From the NCBI GenBank assembly GCA_963761335.1, contig CAVXGR010000005.1:128001-192000 (forward strand): 64,000 nucleotides of DNA. Reading direction: 5' to 3'. The DNA is from an uncultured delta proteobacterium. GTDB lineage: Bacteria > Desulfobacterota > Binatia > HRBIN30 > BPIQ01. A program made the position numbers and the translations under genes. The stretch's first letter is position 1. Every line of letters starts with the position of its first letter. Below are positions 1 through 9,680 of the stretch, piece by piece. The notes below the pieces were generated by a model. It had not been told where the DNA came from. It ran no database searches and saw only the letters and a program-made list of their open reading frames with translations.

Positions 1-500
1 TCCGGCTCGACCGCGAGCGCCCGGGCGATGCACAGGCGCTGCTGCTGGCCGCCGGAGAGGCTGACACCGGAGGCATCGAGGCTGTCCTTCACCTCGTCCC
101 AGAGAGCCGCCTGGCGCAGGCTGCGCTCGATCAGCTCGGCCATCTCGCGCCGGCTCCGGCGCACGCCGTTCAGTCGCAGCCCGGCGGCGACGTTGTCGAA
201 GATCGACATGGTGGGGAACGGATTGGGCTTCTGGAAGACCATGCCGACCTTGGACCGGACGCGCACCGCATCGACGCCGGGACCGTAGATGTCCTCGCCG
301 TCGAGAAACACTTCCCCCGAGATTCGCGCCCCGGGGATGACCTCGTGCATGCGGTTGATGCAGCGGATCAGCGTCGATTTGCCGCAGCCGGACGGCCCGA
401 TGATGGCGGTGACGGCGCCGTCGGGGATCTCGAGGCTCACGTCTTTCAGCGCCTGGCTCTTGCCAAACCAGGCGTTCAATCCGGCGACGGCGAGCTTCAT
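1..500 (-). CDS. pstB: Phosphate ABC transporter ATP-binding protein (partial, runs off the left edge)
   Basis: Manual translation from ATG at 500: [13 protein letters not shown]...GPSGCGKST (Walker A), [31 protein letters not shown]. Lies downstream of pstA. Confidence 0.95.
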   Translation of the reverse strand, partial: MKLAVAGLNAWFGKSQALKDVSLEIPDGAVTAIIGPSGCGKSTLIRCINRMHEVIPGARISGEVFLDGEDIYGPGVDAVRVRSKVGMVFQKPNPFPTMSIFDNVAAGLRLNGVRRSRREMAELIERSLRQAALWDEVKDSLDASGVSLSGGQQQRLCIARALAVEP

Positions 501-504
501 CGGC

Positions 505-1347
505 TCAGCGCGGTACCGAGACGCGGCCGCGCGTCAGCACGCGCACCGACAAGCTGGTGACGAAGATCAGTGACAGCAGCACCAGAGCGCCGGCCCACGC
601 CTGCCGGTGCCAGTCGTCGAAGGGCGAGATGGCGTAGGTATAGATCTGCACCGGAAGCGACGATATCGGCCCCTTCAGGCCGTGGTGCCAGAACTGGTTG
701 CCGAAGGCGGTGAACAGCAGCGGCGCCGTCTCGCCGGCGACGCGAGCCACGGCGAGCATGATGCCGGTGATGATGCCGCCGCGAGCGGTGCGCAGCACCA
801 CCCACAGCGTCGTTCGCCAGGCCGGCACCCCGAGAGCCAGAGACGCCTCGCGCAGAGAGGTCGGCACCAGGCGCACCATCTCCTCGGTGGTACGCGCCAC
901 GATGGGCAGCATGATCACCGCCAAGGCGGCGCCGCCGGCGTATGCCGAGAAGCTCTTCATCGGCACCACCACCAGCGTGTAGGCGTAGATGCCGACGACG
1001 ATCGAGGGCACCCCGTTGAGAACGTCGGCACTGAAGCGCACCAGCCAGCCGGCGGGGCTCTGGCCGAACTCCGCGAGATAGACGCCGGTGAAGACGCCGA
1101 TCGGCAGGCCGATCAGACAGGCCAGCCCGATGAGGATCAGCGTGCCGACGATGGCGTTGGCCATGCCGCCGCCGACCTCGCCGACCGGCCGGGGCAGATG
1201 CATGAAGAAATCGAGGTTGATGGAGGTGATCCCCTTGCCGATGAGATTGCTGAAGATGAGGACGAGCGGTACGAGCACGGCAATGGTGCAGCCGATGGCC
1301 GCCACCTGGGCCGCAATGTTGACGATGTGTCGCCGGCGGTAGTTCAT
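505..1347 (-). CDS. pstA: Phosphate ABC transporter permease PstA
   Basis: Hydrophobic protein with [18 protein letters not shown] (EAA loop) and [11 protein letters not shown]. Start taken at MNYRRR. Confidence 0.95.
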   Translation of the reverse strand: MNYRRRHIVNIAAQVAAIGCTIAVLVPLVLIFSNLIGKGITSINLDFFMHLPRPVGEVGGGMANAIVGTLILIGLACLIGLPIGVFTGVYLAEFGQSPAGWLVRFSADVLNGVPSIVVGIYAYTLVVVPMKSFSAYAGGAALAVIMLPIVARTTEEMVRLVPTSLREASLALGVPAWRTTLWVVLRTARGGIITGIMLAVARVAGETAPLLFTAFGNQFWHHGLKGPISSLPVQIYTYAISPFDDWHRQAWAGALVLLSLIFVTSLSVRVLTRGRVSVPR

Positions 1348-1348
1348 T

Positions 1349-2347
1349 TCAGGCCCTCTGGCCGCCGGGTGCACTGGCCACGCTCCACACGAGAAGGCGT
1401 GCCAGCATGTTGACGACGATGGTGACCACCAGCAGCACCAGGCCGATCTCCACGAGTGCCTTGACGTACAGGTCGTAGGTGGCCTCGTTGAACTCGTTGG
1501 CGATGACGCTGGCCATGGTGCTCGCTGGGGCGAACAGCGATGCCGAGATGTCGGTGCGATTGCCGATCACCATGGTTACCGCCATGGTCTCGCCGATCGC
1601 CCGGCCGAGGCCGAGCATGATGGCGCCGATGATGCCGGTGCGCCCGAAGGGCAACACCGCCATGCGCACCATCTCCCACTTGGTCGCCCCCAGAGCCAAG
1701 GCCGCCTCGCGCTGCGCCGCCGGCACCGCCTGCAGCACCTCGTGGGCCACCGCGGTGACGTAGGGCACCACCATCACCGCGAGGATCATCGACGCGGTGA
1801 GCATGCCGACGCCGTAGTTGGCGCCCTGGAACAGCGGAATGAATCCGAGCGTCGATTTCAGCCCCGGGCCGATGTAGCTGCGCATCCACGGAACCAGCAC
1901 GAAGATGCCCCAGAGTCCGTAGATGACGCTGGGAATGGTGGCCAGCAGCTCGACCAGGAAGGAAACCGGCGCGCGCAGCCAGTTCGGCGCCATCTCGCTC
2001 AGGAAGAGCGCCGTGCCGACGCTCAGCGGCACCGCTTGTAGCAGCGCCAGAAAGGAGGAGACCAGCGTGCCCCAGATGAAGGGCAGGGCGCCGAACTCCT
2101 TGGCGACCGGATCCCAGGTCGAGTGGAAGAGAAAGCCCCAGCCGAAGGTGACGATCGAGTCCCAGCTCTCGTAGGTCAGAACCGCAAAGATCGAGAGAAG
2201 GACCGAGACGAGAACGGCGGCGAAGCTCGCCGTCATCCGGCGAAAAGCCCAGTCGCCGAAATTGACGTGCCGGCGGATCCGAATCGCGCCGGCACGCTCC
2301 ACCGGAAAGTCCAGTGGCACGCTCTCGTGCTTCACGCCGTTCGCCAT
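1349..2347 (-). CDS. pstC: Phosphate ABC transporter permease PstC
   Basis: ELLATIPSVIYGLWG, REAALALGATKWE, GRAIGETMAV and IANEFNEA motifs. Confidence 0.95.
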   Translation of the reverse strand: MANGVKHESVPLDFPVERAGAIRIRRHVNFGDWAFRRMTASFAAVLVSVLLSIFAVLTYESWDSIVTFGWGFLFHSTWDPVAKEFGALPFIWGTLVSSFLALLQAVPLSVGTALFLSEMAPNWLRAPVSFLVELLATIPSVIYGLWGIFVLVPWMRSYIGPGLKSTLGFIPLFQGANYGVGMLTASMILAVMVVPYVTAVAHEVLQAVPAAQREAALALGATKWEMVRMAVLPFGRTGIIGAIMLGLGRAIGETMAVTMVIGNRTDISASLFAPASTMASVIANEFNEATYDLYVKALVEIGLVLLVVTIVVNMLARLLVWSVASAPGGQRA

Positions 2348-2409
2348 TCACCACCTGTACGCGCCCGACCGGCCGCCATCAACGGACATTGCCATGACCA
2401 ATAGCAATT

Positions 2410-2431
2410 AAGTGTTACAAGTTGATGACAA
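2410..2431 (-). promoter_or_regulatory. Pho-box-like direct repeat between pstS and pstC
   Basis: Minus strand reads TTGTCATCAAC-TTGTAACACTT: two half-sites 11 bp apart resembling the PhoB consensus CTGTCAT-N4-CTGTCA(T/C), in an AT-rich patch. Confidence 0.6.
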
Positions 2432-2455
2432 GCCGGCCGGCGACGCGGGTCGATT

Positions 2456-3502
2456 CTACAACAGCGGCTTGCCGTCCTCGGTGGTGATCTCGTGGAGGGC
2501 GGCCTTCTCCTTGGTGACGACCTGCGGAGGCAGCGGCGCATAGTGGAGCTCGGGCGCGTACTTCTGTCCCTCGTCGAGCATCCACTGCAGAAATTGTACC
2601 ATCTTCTTGCCCTTCTCTGCGTTCTTCTGCTTCTGGTACACCAGCAGCCAGGTCATTCCCGAGATTGGGTAGGCTTTGGCGCCCGGCGAATCGGTGATGG
2701 AAACGCGGAAGTCCTCGGGCATGTTTCCGGCGACGCCCGCGGCGGCACTGGTCACCGATTCCAGCGAAGGGGTGATGAAATTGCCGTCGTGGTTCTTCAC
2801 GTCGGCGACCGGCAGCTCGTTGCTGATCGCGTAGATGAGCTCGACGTAGCCGATGGCGTCGGGGGTCTGCTTGACCAGACCGGTGACCCCCTCGTTTCCC
2901 TTGCCGCCGAGACCCGCGGGCCAGTTGACCGAGGTGCCGCGCCCGACCTTCTTCTCCCACGCCGGGCTGACCTTGCTCAGGTAGTCGGTGAAGATGTAGG
3001 AGGTGCCGCTGCCGTCGGAGCGGTGGACGACGACGATGTCGTTTGACGGAAGGGTGACGCCCGGGTTCGCCTCGGCGATGGACTTGTCGTTCCACTTGGT
3101 GATCTTGCCGAGATAGATTCCGGCGATCGCCTCCGGCGTGAGCTTGAGGCCGGTCTTCACACCGGAGAGGTTGTAGGTCAGCACCACGGCGCCCATCACC
3201 GTGGGAAAGTGCATGATGTGTCCGGGGGCCGCCTTCAGCTGCTCCTCGGTCATCGGGCCGTCGGAGGCGCCGAAATCCACCGTGCCCTCGGTGATCTGGC
3301 GGATGCCGCCGCCGCTGCCGATCGACTGGTAGTTGAAGCGCACCGAGGGGTCGACCTTGGTGTAGACGTCGAACCACTTCGAGTAGATGGGGTACGGGAA
3401 GGTCGCTCCCGCGCCGTTGAGCTGCATCTGGGCGCCCGCCTGCGGCGCCAGGGACATGGCGGTCAGTGCCGCCAGGGCGGTCATCCACAATCGCGTTCTC
3501 AT
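2456..3502 (-). CDS. pstS: Phosphate ABC transporter substrate-binding protein PstS
   Basis: Signal peptide, then GAGATFPYP, YQSIGSGGG, DFGASD, HRSDGSGTS and GKGNEGV motifs. Confidence 0.97.
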   Translation of the reverse strand: MRTRLWMTALAALTAMSLAPQAGAQMQLNGAGATFPYPIYSKWFDVYTKVDPSVRFNYQSIGSGGGIRQITEGTVDFGASDGPMTEEQLKAAPGHIMHFPTVMGAVVLTYNLSGVKTGLKLTPEAIAGIYLGKITKWNDKSIAEANPGVTLPSNDIVVVHRSDGSGTSYIFTDYLSKVSPAWEKKVGRGTSVNWPAGLGGKGNEGVTGLVKQTPDAIGYVELIYAISNELPVADVKNHDGNFITPSLESVTSAAAGVAGNMPEDFRVSITDSPGAKAYPISGMTWLLVYQKQKNAEKGKKMVQFLQWMLDEGQKYAPELHYAPLPPQVVTKEKAALHEITTEDGKPLL

Positions 3503-3533
3503 CGCTTCCTCCTTCTCTCTGATCTTCTGCTCG

Positions 3534-4937
3534 TCAGAACTTCAGCACTGCGTCCACCTGCAGGCGGACGAGAGTGGGATTGCCGCTGAGCGTCGCGGGG
3601 CTGAAGCTGTCCATCGCGGCGAGGCGGTCGAGCGCATTGATGAACTCCGTCTTTGCCGTCAGCTGCAGGTTCTGGAGAAGCTCGTAGTCGGCGCGCACGA
3701 TGTGCGCCGAGACGTTGGTGCTGCCCTTCTGCGATCCCGAGGCTTCCATGTAGTCGATGTCGCTGTAGCTGAACAGCGACAGGACGGCGTCCTGCTCGAC
3801 CCACGCATAGGTGTAGGACACGCCCCAGTCGCCTTTGTTCTTCAGCCCGTCGTGATAGTAGTCCTTCCCGGCGCTGCCGATGCCGGCGCCGACGTAGAAT
3901 CCGACATTGCGGCCGTCCGCCTGGGTATTGTAGGCAACCTCCCCGAATACGCCACCCGGGACGCCGAGTCCGATCGGGTTGCTGAAGTTCAGCTCGCTGC
4001 CGCCGTTGACGATGTTGTACCGCGACAGGTAGCCGGTGACCTTGCCGCTCGCGTCTCGCGCAGCGCGGTTGCTGGTGGTCAGCTGGCCGTTGGGGCTGGT
4101 GCCCCCGGGCAGAAACTTCTTGGCAACGGAGTCGAGGTCTTCGTAGTGGAAGTCGGCGAACGCCAGGGTCAGGTTGGCGACGCTGCCGAAAGCCGTGTCG
4201 GCGACGACTTGGCCGCCGAACATCCACGGGTCGCGGGCCGCGGAGATCTCGTCGATCACCCACTGGAAGGCGTTGAGCTTGAGACCGCGCAGAAAGCCAT
4301 CGCGTGTCGAGTAGGCGTTGACCGTCTCGGTGGCGCCCTCCGGCGAGAGGTCGTCATCCCAGAGGAGCTCCGAGGCGCGGTAGGCGTTGACGCCGAACTT
4401 ACCGGCGGTGACCACGATCATGCCGGGCTCCATGTTGAACGTCTCTCCCGGACTCAGGGTCAGGTATGCCTGGTCGAGGTTGACCGGCTTGCGCGTGAAG
4501 GTCCGCTCGAAGGTCTGATTGGTCGAAATGGGATCGTCCGCGTTGCCGGTGGCCAGCCGCACCGTGCCGGAGATCTCGTCGCTGATCTTGCTGGTCAGGC
4601 CGATTCGAGCGCGAATGCGGAAGCGGCTGCGGGCGTTCACGCCGTCCACGTAGAAGCCCTCGTAACGGGTGCGCGCGTCGCCGAACAGGCTGATGTGATC
4701 GAGCCACTTCGGCAGCTTCGCAAGGATGGCGTCGGTTCGCGATTCCTGAACCGCGGACTTCTGCTTTTCCTCCTCGCGGGCCTGCTGCAGCTCATCCGAT
4801 GTGATGATCCCCTTCCTCAGCAGGATGTCGCCCAGGTCCTTTGCCATTGCCGCGGTGCTCCCCAGACCGACGGTGGCGGCGGTCAGCAGGCATACGGTGG
4901 CGCACTTCAGCTTCCCTCTTGGTCCTCGGTGTCCCAT
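3534..4937 (-). CDS. Putative outer-membrane porin (Porin_5-like), likely phosphate-related
   Basis: Signal peptide, LLRKGIIT N-terminal helix, GDARTRYE, RLATG...PISTNQT, C-terminal RLQVDAVLKF ending in Phe. First gene of the pst operon. Confidence 0.75.
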   Translation of the reverse strand: MGHRGPRGKLKCATVCLLTAATVGLGSTAAMAKDLGDILLRKGIITSDELQQAREEEKQKSAVQESRTDAILAKLPKWLDHISLFGDARTRYEGFYVDGVNARSRFRIRARIGLTSKISDEISGTVRLATGNADDPISTNQTFERTFTRKPVNLDQAYLTLSPGETFNMEPGMIVVTAGKFGVNAYRASELLWDDDLSPEGATETVNAYSTRDGFLRGLKLNAFQWVIDEISAARDPWMFGGQVVADTAFGSVANLTLAFADFHYEDLDSVAKKFLPGGTSPNGQLTTSNRAARDASGKVTGYLSRYNIVNGGSELNFSNPIGLGVPGGVFGEVAYNTQADGRNVGFYVGAGIGSAGKDYYHDGLKNKGDWGVSYTYAWVEQDAVLSLFSYSDIDYMEASGSQKGSTNVSAHIVRADYELLQNLQLTAKTEFINALDRLAAMDSFSPATLSGNPTLVRLQVDAVLKF

Positions 4938-5001
4938 GATTTGCCCCCAGCTAGTGTTTTTTGGCGGCGGATTTGCCGCAGGTGGGCGTAAGCTACCTTC
5001 C

Positions 5002-5034
5002 GGATTGTTACGGGGGCGTTTCGGCGGGATTACG
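5002..5034 (-). promoter_or_regulatory. Possible degenerate Pho-box array upstream of the porin-pst operon
   Basis: Minus strand has CGTAAT, CGAAAC and CGTAAC starting at 5034, 5023 and 5012 (exact 11-bp spacing). Confidence 0.4.
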
Positions 5035-5073
5035 TTTCGAAAAAGCGACGCCCGGGGGGCGGGGGAACGGCCC

Positions 5074-5102
5074 TTGTGCCTGGAGCCTCGCACTGCTATA
5101 CA
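5074..5102 (+). promoter_or_regulatory. Putative sigma70 promoter for the RRM gene
   Basis: TTGTGC, 17-bp spacer, TATACA, with an extended -10 TG at 5094-5095. Confidence 0.45.
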
Positions 5103-5306
5103 GTCGAGCTACTGGTTGTTTGGCGCGAGTACCAGCGCGAGTTACAAGACGCTTCCCGCTCACACACTCAGGCGTAACGGCGATGGCAATGGTGCCCTCG
5201 GTCGTGAGGTGCAGATCGAATTTCGGGCTGTACCGGAGTCCAGGAACGCGGACTCGACTACAACGCGGTCGCCCCGGCGACCCTGACGAGGAGTGAGTGA
5301 ATCACA

Positions 5307-5621
5307 ATGGGACGGAAGCTGTACGTCGGCAACCTGTCGTTCGACGTAACCAACAAGGATCTGGAAGAGCTGTTCGCGCAGGCGGGTGCCTGTGAATCGG
5401 CCGCGGTGATCACCGACCGCGGCACTGGCCAGTCGCGCGGCTTCGGCTTCGTGGAGATGGGCTCCAACGGCGACGCGCAGAAGGCCATTCAGCAGTTCGA
5501 CGGCCACGAGCTGAAGGGCCGCGCCATCAAGGTGAACGAGGCGCGCGAGCGCGAGAACACCCGTGGTGGCGGCGGCGGCGGTGGTGGCGGCGGCGGACGC
5601 GGCGGCTGGAACCGCCGCTGA
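5307..5621 (+). CDS. RRM RNA-binding protein with Gly-rich tail (Rbp-type)
   Basis: RNP2 LYVGNL, RNP1 RGFGFVEM, VNEARER and a poly-Gly/RGG C-terminus. Confidence 0.95.
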   Translation: MGRKLYVGNLSFDVTNKDLEELFAQAGACESAAVITDRGTGQSRGFGFVEMGSNGDAQKAIQQFDGHELKGRAIKVNEARERENTRGGGGGGGGGGGRGGWNRR

Positions 5622-5748
5622 GCCTTTCTGCCGGCCTGCTTCGACGATTCGCCGGGCCCCGGCCCGGCGGTCGTCGGCCGGAGGCCTCTTCCGATCGTGG
5701 TCTGCCCGCCACGGCAGGGGTGTACCGCCGGCGCGGCCGTGATCGATC

Positions 5749-6162
5749 ATGAGCGATTCTTCCACTCGCGCTCACCTGCGCCGCCAGCTTGGGGCGCACC
5801 TCACCGAGCTCGGATACTCGAGCGTTCGCTCGCGGCCGATGGCGGCGCCGGTCCCGGAGATGGTGCGCGTCAGCCCGATTCGCGGGCGTATCGCCTACGG
5901 CGAGACGGTGCTGGAAAGCGACCTTCGGAGCCGCCGCTGCCACGAGCGCCTGGTGGTGTTCTCGCAGCGGCGAACCCGGCATCGCAGCTCGATTCTGTTC
6001 TTCATCGGTGTCGCCGAGGAGCATCGAGAAGAGCTCGAGGCGCTACTGCAGCAGCTGTCGATTCGCAGTGCCTCCCGCGGCGGCCACATCCACGTGGTGC
6101 CGATCGCCGTTCCGCAGCCGGCGCGTCGCCGTAAGACGGCCCCGCGCGGGCAGTGCGCCTAG
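5749..6162 (+). CDS. Hypothetical basic protein
   Basis: 137-aa ORF with globular-looking composition, co-oriented between the RRM and helicase genes. No family recognised. Confidence 0.55.
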   Translation: MSDSSTRAHLRRQLGAHLTELGYSSVRSRPMAAPVPEMVRVSPIRGRIAYGETVLESDLRSRRCHERLVVFSQRRTRHRSSILFFIGVAEEHREELEALLQQLSIRSASRGGHIHVVPIAVPQPARRRKTAPRGQCA

Positions 6163-6273
6163 GGCAAGAACCCATCGACAATCGTGCGCACCACGCGGCC
6201 AGGGACGACCGACCGCCTTCCACCTCCACATCTTTTCATCCACCACAACCTCCACTAGAAGGAATTTGACTAA

Positions 6274-7401
6274 GTGAAATCTACAGATAAGACATTCGAA
6301 CAATTTTCGCTCTCCTCGCCCATGCGGGCCGCCCTCGAGGCCGCCGGCTATCGCGTCCCGACGCCGATTCAGTCGGGTACCATCGCCGCCGCGCTCGAGG
6401 GGCGCGACGTCATCGGCACGGCGCAGACGGGTACCGGCAAGACCGCGGCCTTTCTCGTTCCCTTGATCGAGCGGCTGCGCACCGCCGACGGCGCGCGCAC
6501 CGCCTTGGTGCTGGCGCCGACGCGCGAGCTCGCCGAGCAGATCCACGGCTGGGCGCAACGACTGGGCTCGGGCCTGCGCACCGCGCTGGTGGTCGGCGGC
6601 GTCGCCTATGGGCCGCAGATGGCGGCGCTGCGCCGGCGGCCGTCTCTGGTGATCGCCACGCCGGGACGCCTCGTCGATCATCTCGAGCGCGGCACCATCT
6701 CGCTGCAGGCGGTGACCATCCTGGTGCTCGACGAGGCGGATCGCATGCTCGACATGGGCTTCAAGCCACAGCTCGACCGCATCATGCGCGCCCTGCCGCC
6801 ACAGCGGCAGACGCTGCTGTTCTCTGCGACTCTGGCGGGCGATCTCGGCGCTCTGGCACGCATGCATCTGCACAACCCCGTGTACGTCGCCGTCGGACCT
6901 CAGGCCGCGCCGCCGCCGCGCGCCACCCAGGACGTGTACCTCGTCGAGAACCAGCACAAGGCGCCGCTGCTGCTGTCGCTCATCGAGCGCGATGCGGGAA
7001 CGGTGCTGGTGTTTACGCGCACCCGTCACCGCACCGAACGGCTGGCGCGCACCGTGCGCCGAGCGGGCCACGCGGTGCAGAGCCTGCACTCCGACCGCTC
7101 GCAGTCGCAGCGCCGCGAGGCTCTGGAAGGCTTTCGCTCCGGCCGCTATCGCATCCTGATCGCCACCGACATCGCCGCCCGCGGCATCGACGTCGCCAAC
7201 ATTCGCCGCGTCATCAACTACGACCTGCCCCACACCGTCGACGACTACATCCATCGCGTCGGCCGCACGGCGCGAGCCGAGACCGATGGGCACGCCTCCA
7301 GCTTTGCGGCGCCGGAGGAGAGAGCCCAGCTGCGCGCCATCGAGCGCCACCTCGGCGGCTCGCTCTCGAAGCTCGCATGGACGGCACGCCCTTCGATCTG
7401 A
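6274..7401 (+). CDS. DEAD-box ATP-dependent RNA helicase (RhlE-like)
   Basis: PTPIQ Q-motif, AQTGTGKT, PTRELA, TPGRL, DEAD, SAT, ARGID and HRVGRTAR. GTG start. Confidence 0.95.
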   Translation: MKSTDKTFEQFSLSSPMRAALEAAGYRVPTPIQSGTIAAALEGRDVIGTAQTGTGKTAAFLVPLIERLRTADGARTALVLAPTRELAEQIHGWAQRLGSGLRTALVVGGVAYGPQMAALRRRPSLVIATPGRLVDHLERGTISLQAVTILVLDEADRMLDMGFKPQLDRIMRALPPQRQTLLFSATLAGDLGALARMHLHNPVYVAVGPQAAPPPRATQDVYLVENQHKAPLLLSLIERDAGTVLVFTRTRHRTERLARTVRRAGHAVQSLHSDRSQSQRREALEGFRSGRYRILIATDIAARGIDVANIRRVINYDLPHTVDDYIHRVGRTARAETDGHASSFAAPEERAQLRAIERHLGGSLSKLAWTARPSI

Positions 7402-8129
7402 CGAACAAGGTTGCCCTGATCACCGGCGGCAGTCGCGGCCTCGGCCGGGAGATGGCCTCGGCCTTCGCCCGCGCGGGCGCCGACGTGGTGATCGCCAGTC
7501 GCCGCCTCGACACCTGTCAGGCGGCGGCGCGGGAGGTGGAAGAGCTCGGTCGCCGGGCTCTTCCCGTCGCCTGTCACGTCGGCGACTGGAAGGCGCTCGA
7601 GGGCCTGGCCGACGCGGCCTACGACCGTTTCGGCAGGATCGACGTGCTGGTGAACAACGCCGGCATGTCACCTCTCTATCCCTCGCTTGCCGAGGTCAGC
7701 GAGGCGCTGTGGGACAAGGTCATCGCCGTCAACTTGAAAGGTCCGTTTCGCCTTTCCGCCCTGATCGGCACACGCATGGCCCAGGGCGAGGGCGGCGCCA
7801 TCATCAACGTGAGCAGCATCGCCGCTATCCGCCCGACGCCGCTGGAGACGCCGTACGCGGCGGCGAAGGCCGGGCTCAATGCCATCACCGTCGCCTTCGC
7901 GCACGCCTTTGGCCCCAAGGTGCGCGTCAACGCCATCCAGGCCGGACCGTTCCTCACCGACATCTCGAAGGCGTGGCCCGAGGCGGCCCTGCGGCAGATC
8001 GAGGCCACCTCGGCGCTGCACCGCGCCGGCCGCCCGAACGAGATCGTCGGCGCGGCTCTCTATTTCGCCTCCGACGCCTCCAGCTTCACCACCGGCGCCG
8101 TCCTCCGCGTCGACGGCGGCCGCCCGTAA
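7377..8129 (+). CDS. Short-chain dehydrogenase/reductase
   Basis: TGGSRGLG, NNAG, YAAAK and VDGG motifs. Confidence 0.93.
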   Translation: MDGTPFDLTNKVALITGGSRGLGREMASAFARAGADVVIASRRLDTCQAAAREVEELGRRALPVACHVGDWKALEGLADAAYDRFGRIDVLVNNAGMSPLYPSLAEVSEALWDKVIAVNLKGPFRLSALIGTRMAQGEGGAIINVSSIAAIRPTPLETPYAAAKAGLNAITVAFAHAFGPKVRVNAIQAGPFLTDISKAWPEAALRQIEATSALHRAGRPNEIVGAALYFASDASSFTTGAVLRVDGGRP

Positions 8130-8182
8130 GGCAGGGCCGAGGCTCCCGCGGAGCCTTCATCCTGGGTTTCCGTCATTCCCTG

Positions 8183-8311
8183 TTCTCATTCCCGGTTCTC
8201 GTTCCGTCGTTTTCCATTGCTCTACCTGCCGCGTGAGATCGGTCAGTCTGCAGGTTACTCGTGGCTGTCAGAGCGAATGGAAGACGACGGGACGAGAACC
8301 GGGAATGAGAA
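8183..8311. repeat. Palindromic intergenic repeat family A, copy 1
   Basis: Roughly 36-bp inverted arms (8183-8218 and 8276-8311) with core CCGTCGTTTTCCATT, between convergent genes. Confidence 0.85.
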
Positions 8312-8338
8312 TGAAAATGTGGAGGGATCCCTTTTGCC

Positions 8339-9319
8339 TCACTCCCCCAGGTCGCGAAACGCGAAGCTCTGCTTGACGCCGGCGAATGGCTTGCCGTCGA
8401 CCTCGACGTACGGATAGACGAAATAGTTCGCCGGCGATCCGGCCGCGGCCGGCTCCAGGATGATGTCGCGGCCGAGGCTCAGGCGCACGCGGTTGGCGTC
8501 GATGCCGCCGAAGAAGTAATCGCGCTTCGCCGGATTCTTGCTGGCCTCCGAGCTGTCCACCGGCACCCAGCCGAGACCCTCGAGATAGAAGGCCGCCCAG
8601 CAGTGATAGCCGCCGATGGCGCCTGCTCGCTTGTCGTCGGGTACCGGCAGGCCGATCTCGAACTTGGCCGGGATTCCCACCGAGCGCGCCATGCCGATCA
8701 GCAGGGAGTGATAGTCGGTGCAGTTTCCGCGCTTGTGGTCGCAGGCCCACACCGCGTCGCCGCGACCCCAGCCGCTGCCGCTCTTGTCGTAGTGCAGGTG
8801 CGTGGTGACGTAGTCGTAGATCGCCCGCGCCTTGTCGATGTCGGTGGTGTGTCCGGCGGTCGCTTGCTTGGCCACGTCGGCGATAACGCCGGACAGCGGC
8901 ACCAGGTGGTCCGGCTGGCGAAAGCGGTACAACAGGCGCGGATTCTCCGAATCCGCGCGCGGGTCGCGCGGCCCGCCCGGGCGGTTGACGTACTCGCGGC
9001 GGTGGACGTCGAATCTCATCGAGATGCGCACCTCGCCGCCCGCCGGCGGCGGCCCCTCGAGATAGAGGATGCTGTTGCCGTACTCGGGATCCTTCGCCAG
9101 CCGATACCGATAGGGAGCCTCGACGGATATCTTCTCGATCGTCTGCCAGGCGTCCGACGGCGGCTCGGGGATCCATATCCGCACCGTCTTCGCGTCCGCC
9201 GGAATGGCGGAGATGACCGCGTCGTATTGGATCTGAAAGCGGCGGGTGTGCGCAGGCGAAGCCGCAAACGCCGTTGCGGCCCAGGCGAGAGTGATGACGG
9301 CGATGGTCCACGTCTTCAT
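8339..9319 (-). CDS. Secreted transglutaminase-like (Cys protease fold) protein
   Basis: Signal peptide; GNCTDYHS (Cys), YHCWAAFY (His) and WVPVDS (Asp) form a catalytic triad. Confidence 0.88.
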   Translation of the reverse strand: MKTWTIAVITLAWAATAFAASPAHTRRFQIQYDAVISAIPADAKTVRIWIPEPPSDAWQTIEKISVEAPYRYRLAKDPEYGNSILYLEGPPPAGGEVRISMRFDVHRREYVNRPGGPRDPRADSENPRLLYRFRQPDHLVPLSGVIADVAKQATAGHTTDIDKARAIYDYVTTHLHYDKSGSGWGRGDAVWACDHKRGNCTDYHSLLIGMARSVGIPAKFEIGLPVPDDKRAGAIGGYHCWAAFYLEGLGWVPVDSSEASKNPAKRDYFFGGIDANRVRLSLGRDIILEPAAAGSPANYFVYPYVEVDGKPFAGVKQSFAFRDLGE

Positions 9320-9469
9320 GAGATCTCCTCGTTGTCGGACAGGCTCCTGTTCGGGCGATGTAAAGCCCGGGCGAAGTCAGCTGAGTCGCGGCACTCGCTC
9401 TGTCGCTTCGGCGCTCGCCGGGGGCTGAAACGCTGCACCCCTCAACGCAGGCCCGCGCCCGTGATCATC

Positions 9470-9614
9470 GCCGGGGTTTCAGAGGTTGTCTCAAAAGCAG
9501 AGTAGAAGCGCCGTCCCGGCGCTTTCCGAAGCGGCGAGACGCCGCTTCTACTCGGCCCGCGAGCCGGCGGGAATCGCCTTGAAGGGTTTGAGACAGCCTC
9601 TTCAACCCCCCGGC
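9470..9614. repeat. REP/MITE-like element family B, full copy
   Basis: Outer inverted repeat CCGGGGTTTCAGAGGTTGTCTCAAA / TTTGAGACAGCCTCTTCAACCCCCGG enclosing the hairpin AGTAGAAGCG...CGCTTCTACT (9501-9552). Confidence 0.85.
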
Positions 9615-9680
9615 CCCGCCTACCGCGCCGGCCGTGGCTGTGAGATTTCGAACGCCAGGAGTAGCCTGTCCCCATCCACT

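Noticed and set aside
3387..4991. Long antisense and alternative-frame ORFs (for example 3387-4991, 9486-11258, 33533-36361, 38209-40317)
   Set aside because: These are shadow ORFs typical of high-GC DNA that overlap well-supported genes and carry no recognisable motifs.
5565..5606. GGC/GGT microsatellite
   Set aside because: It encodes the ordinary Gly-rich tail of the RRM protein.
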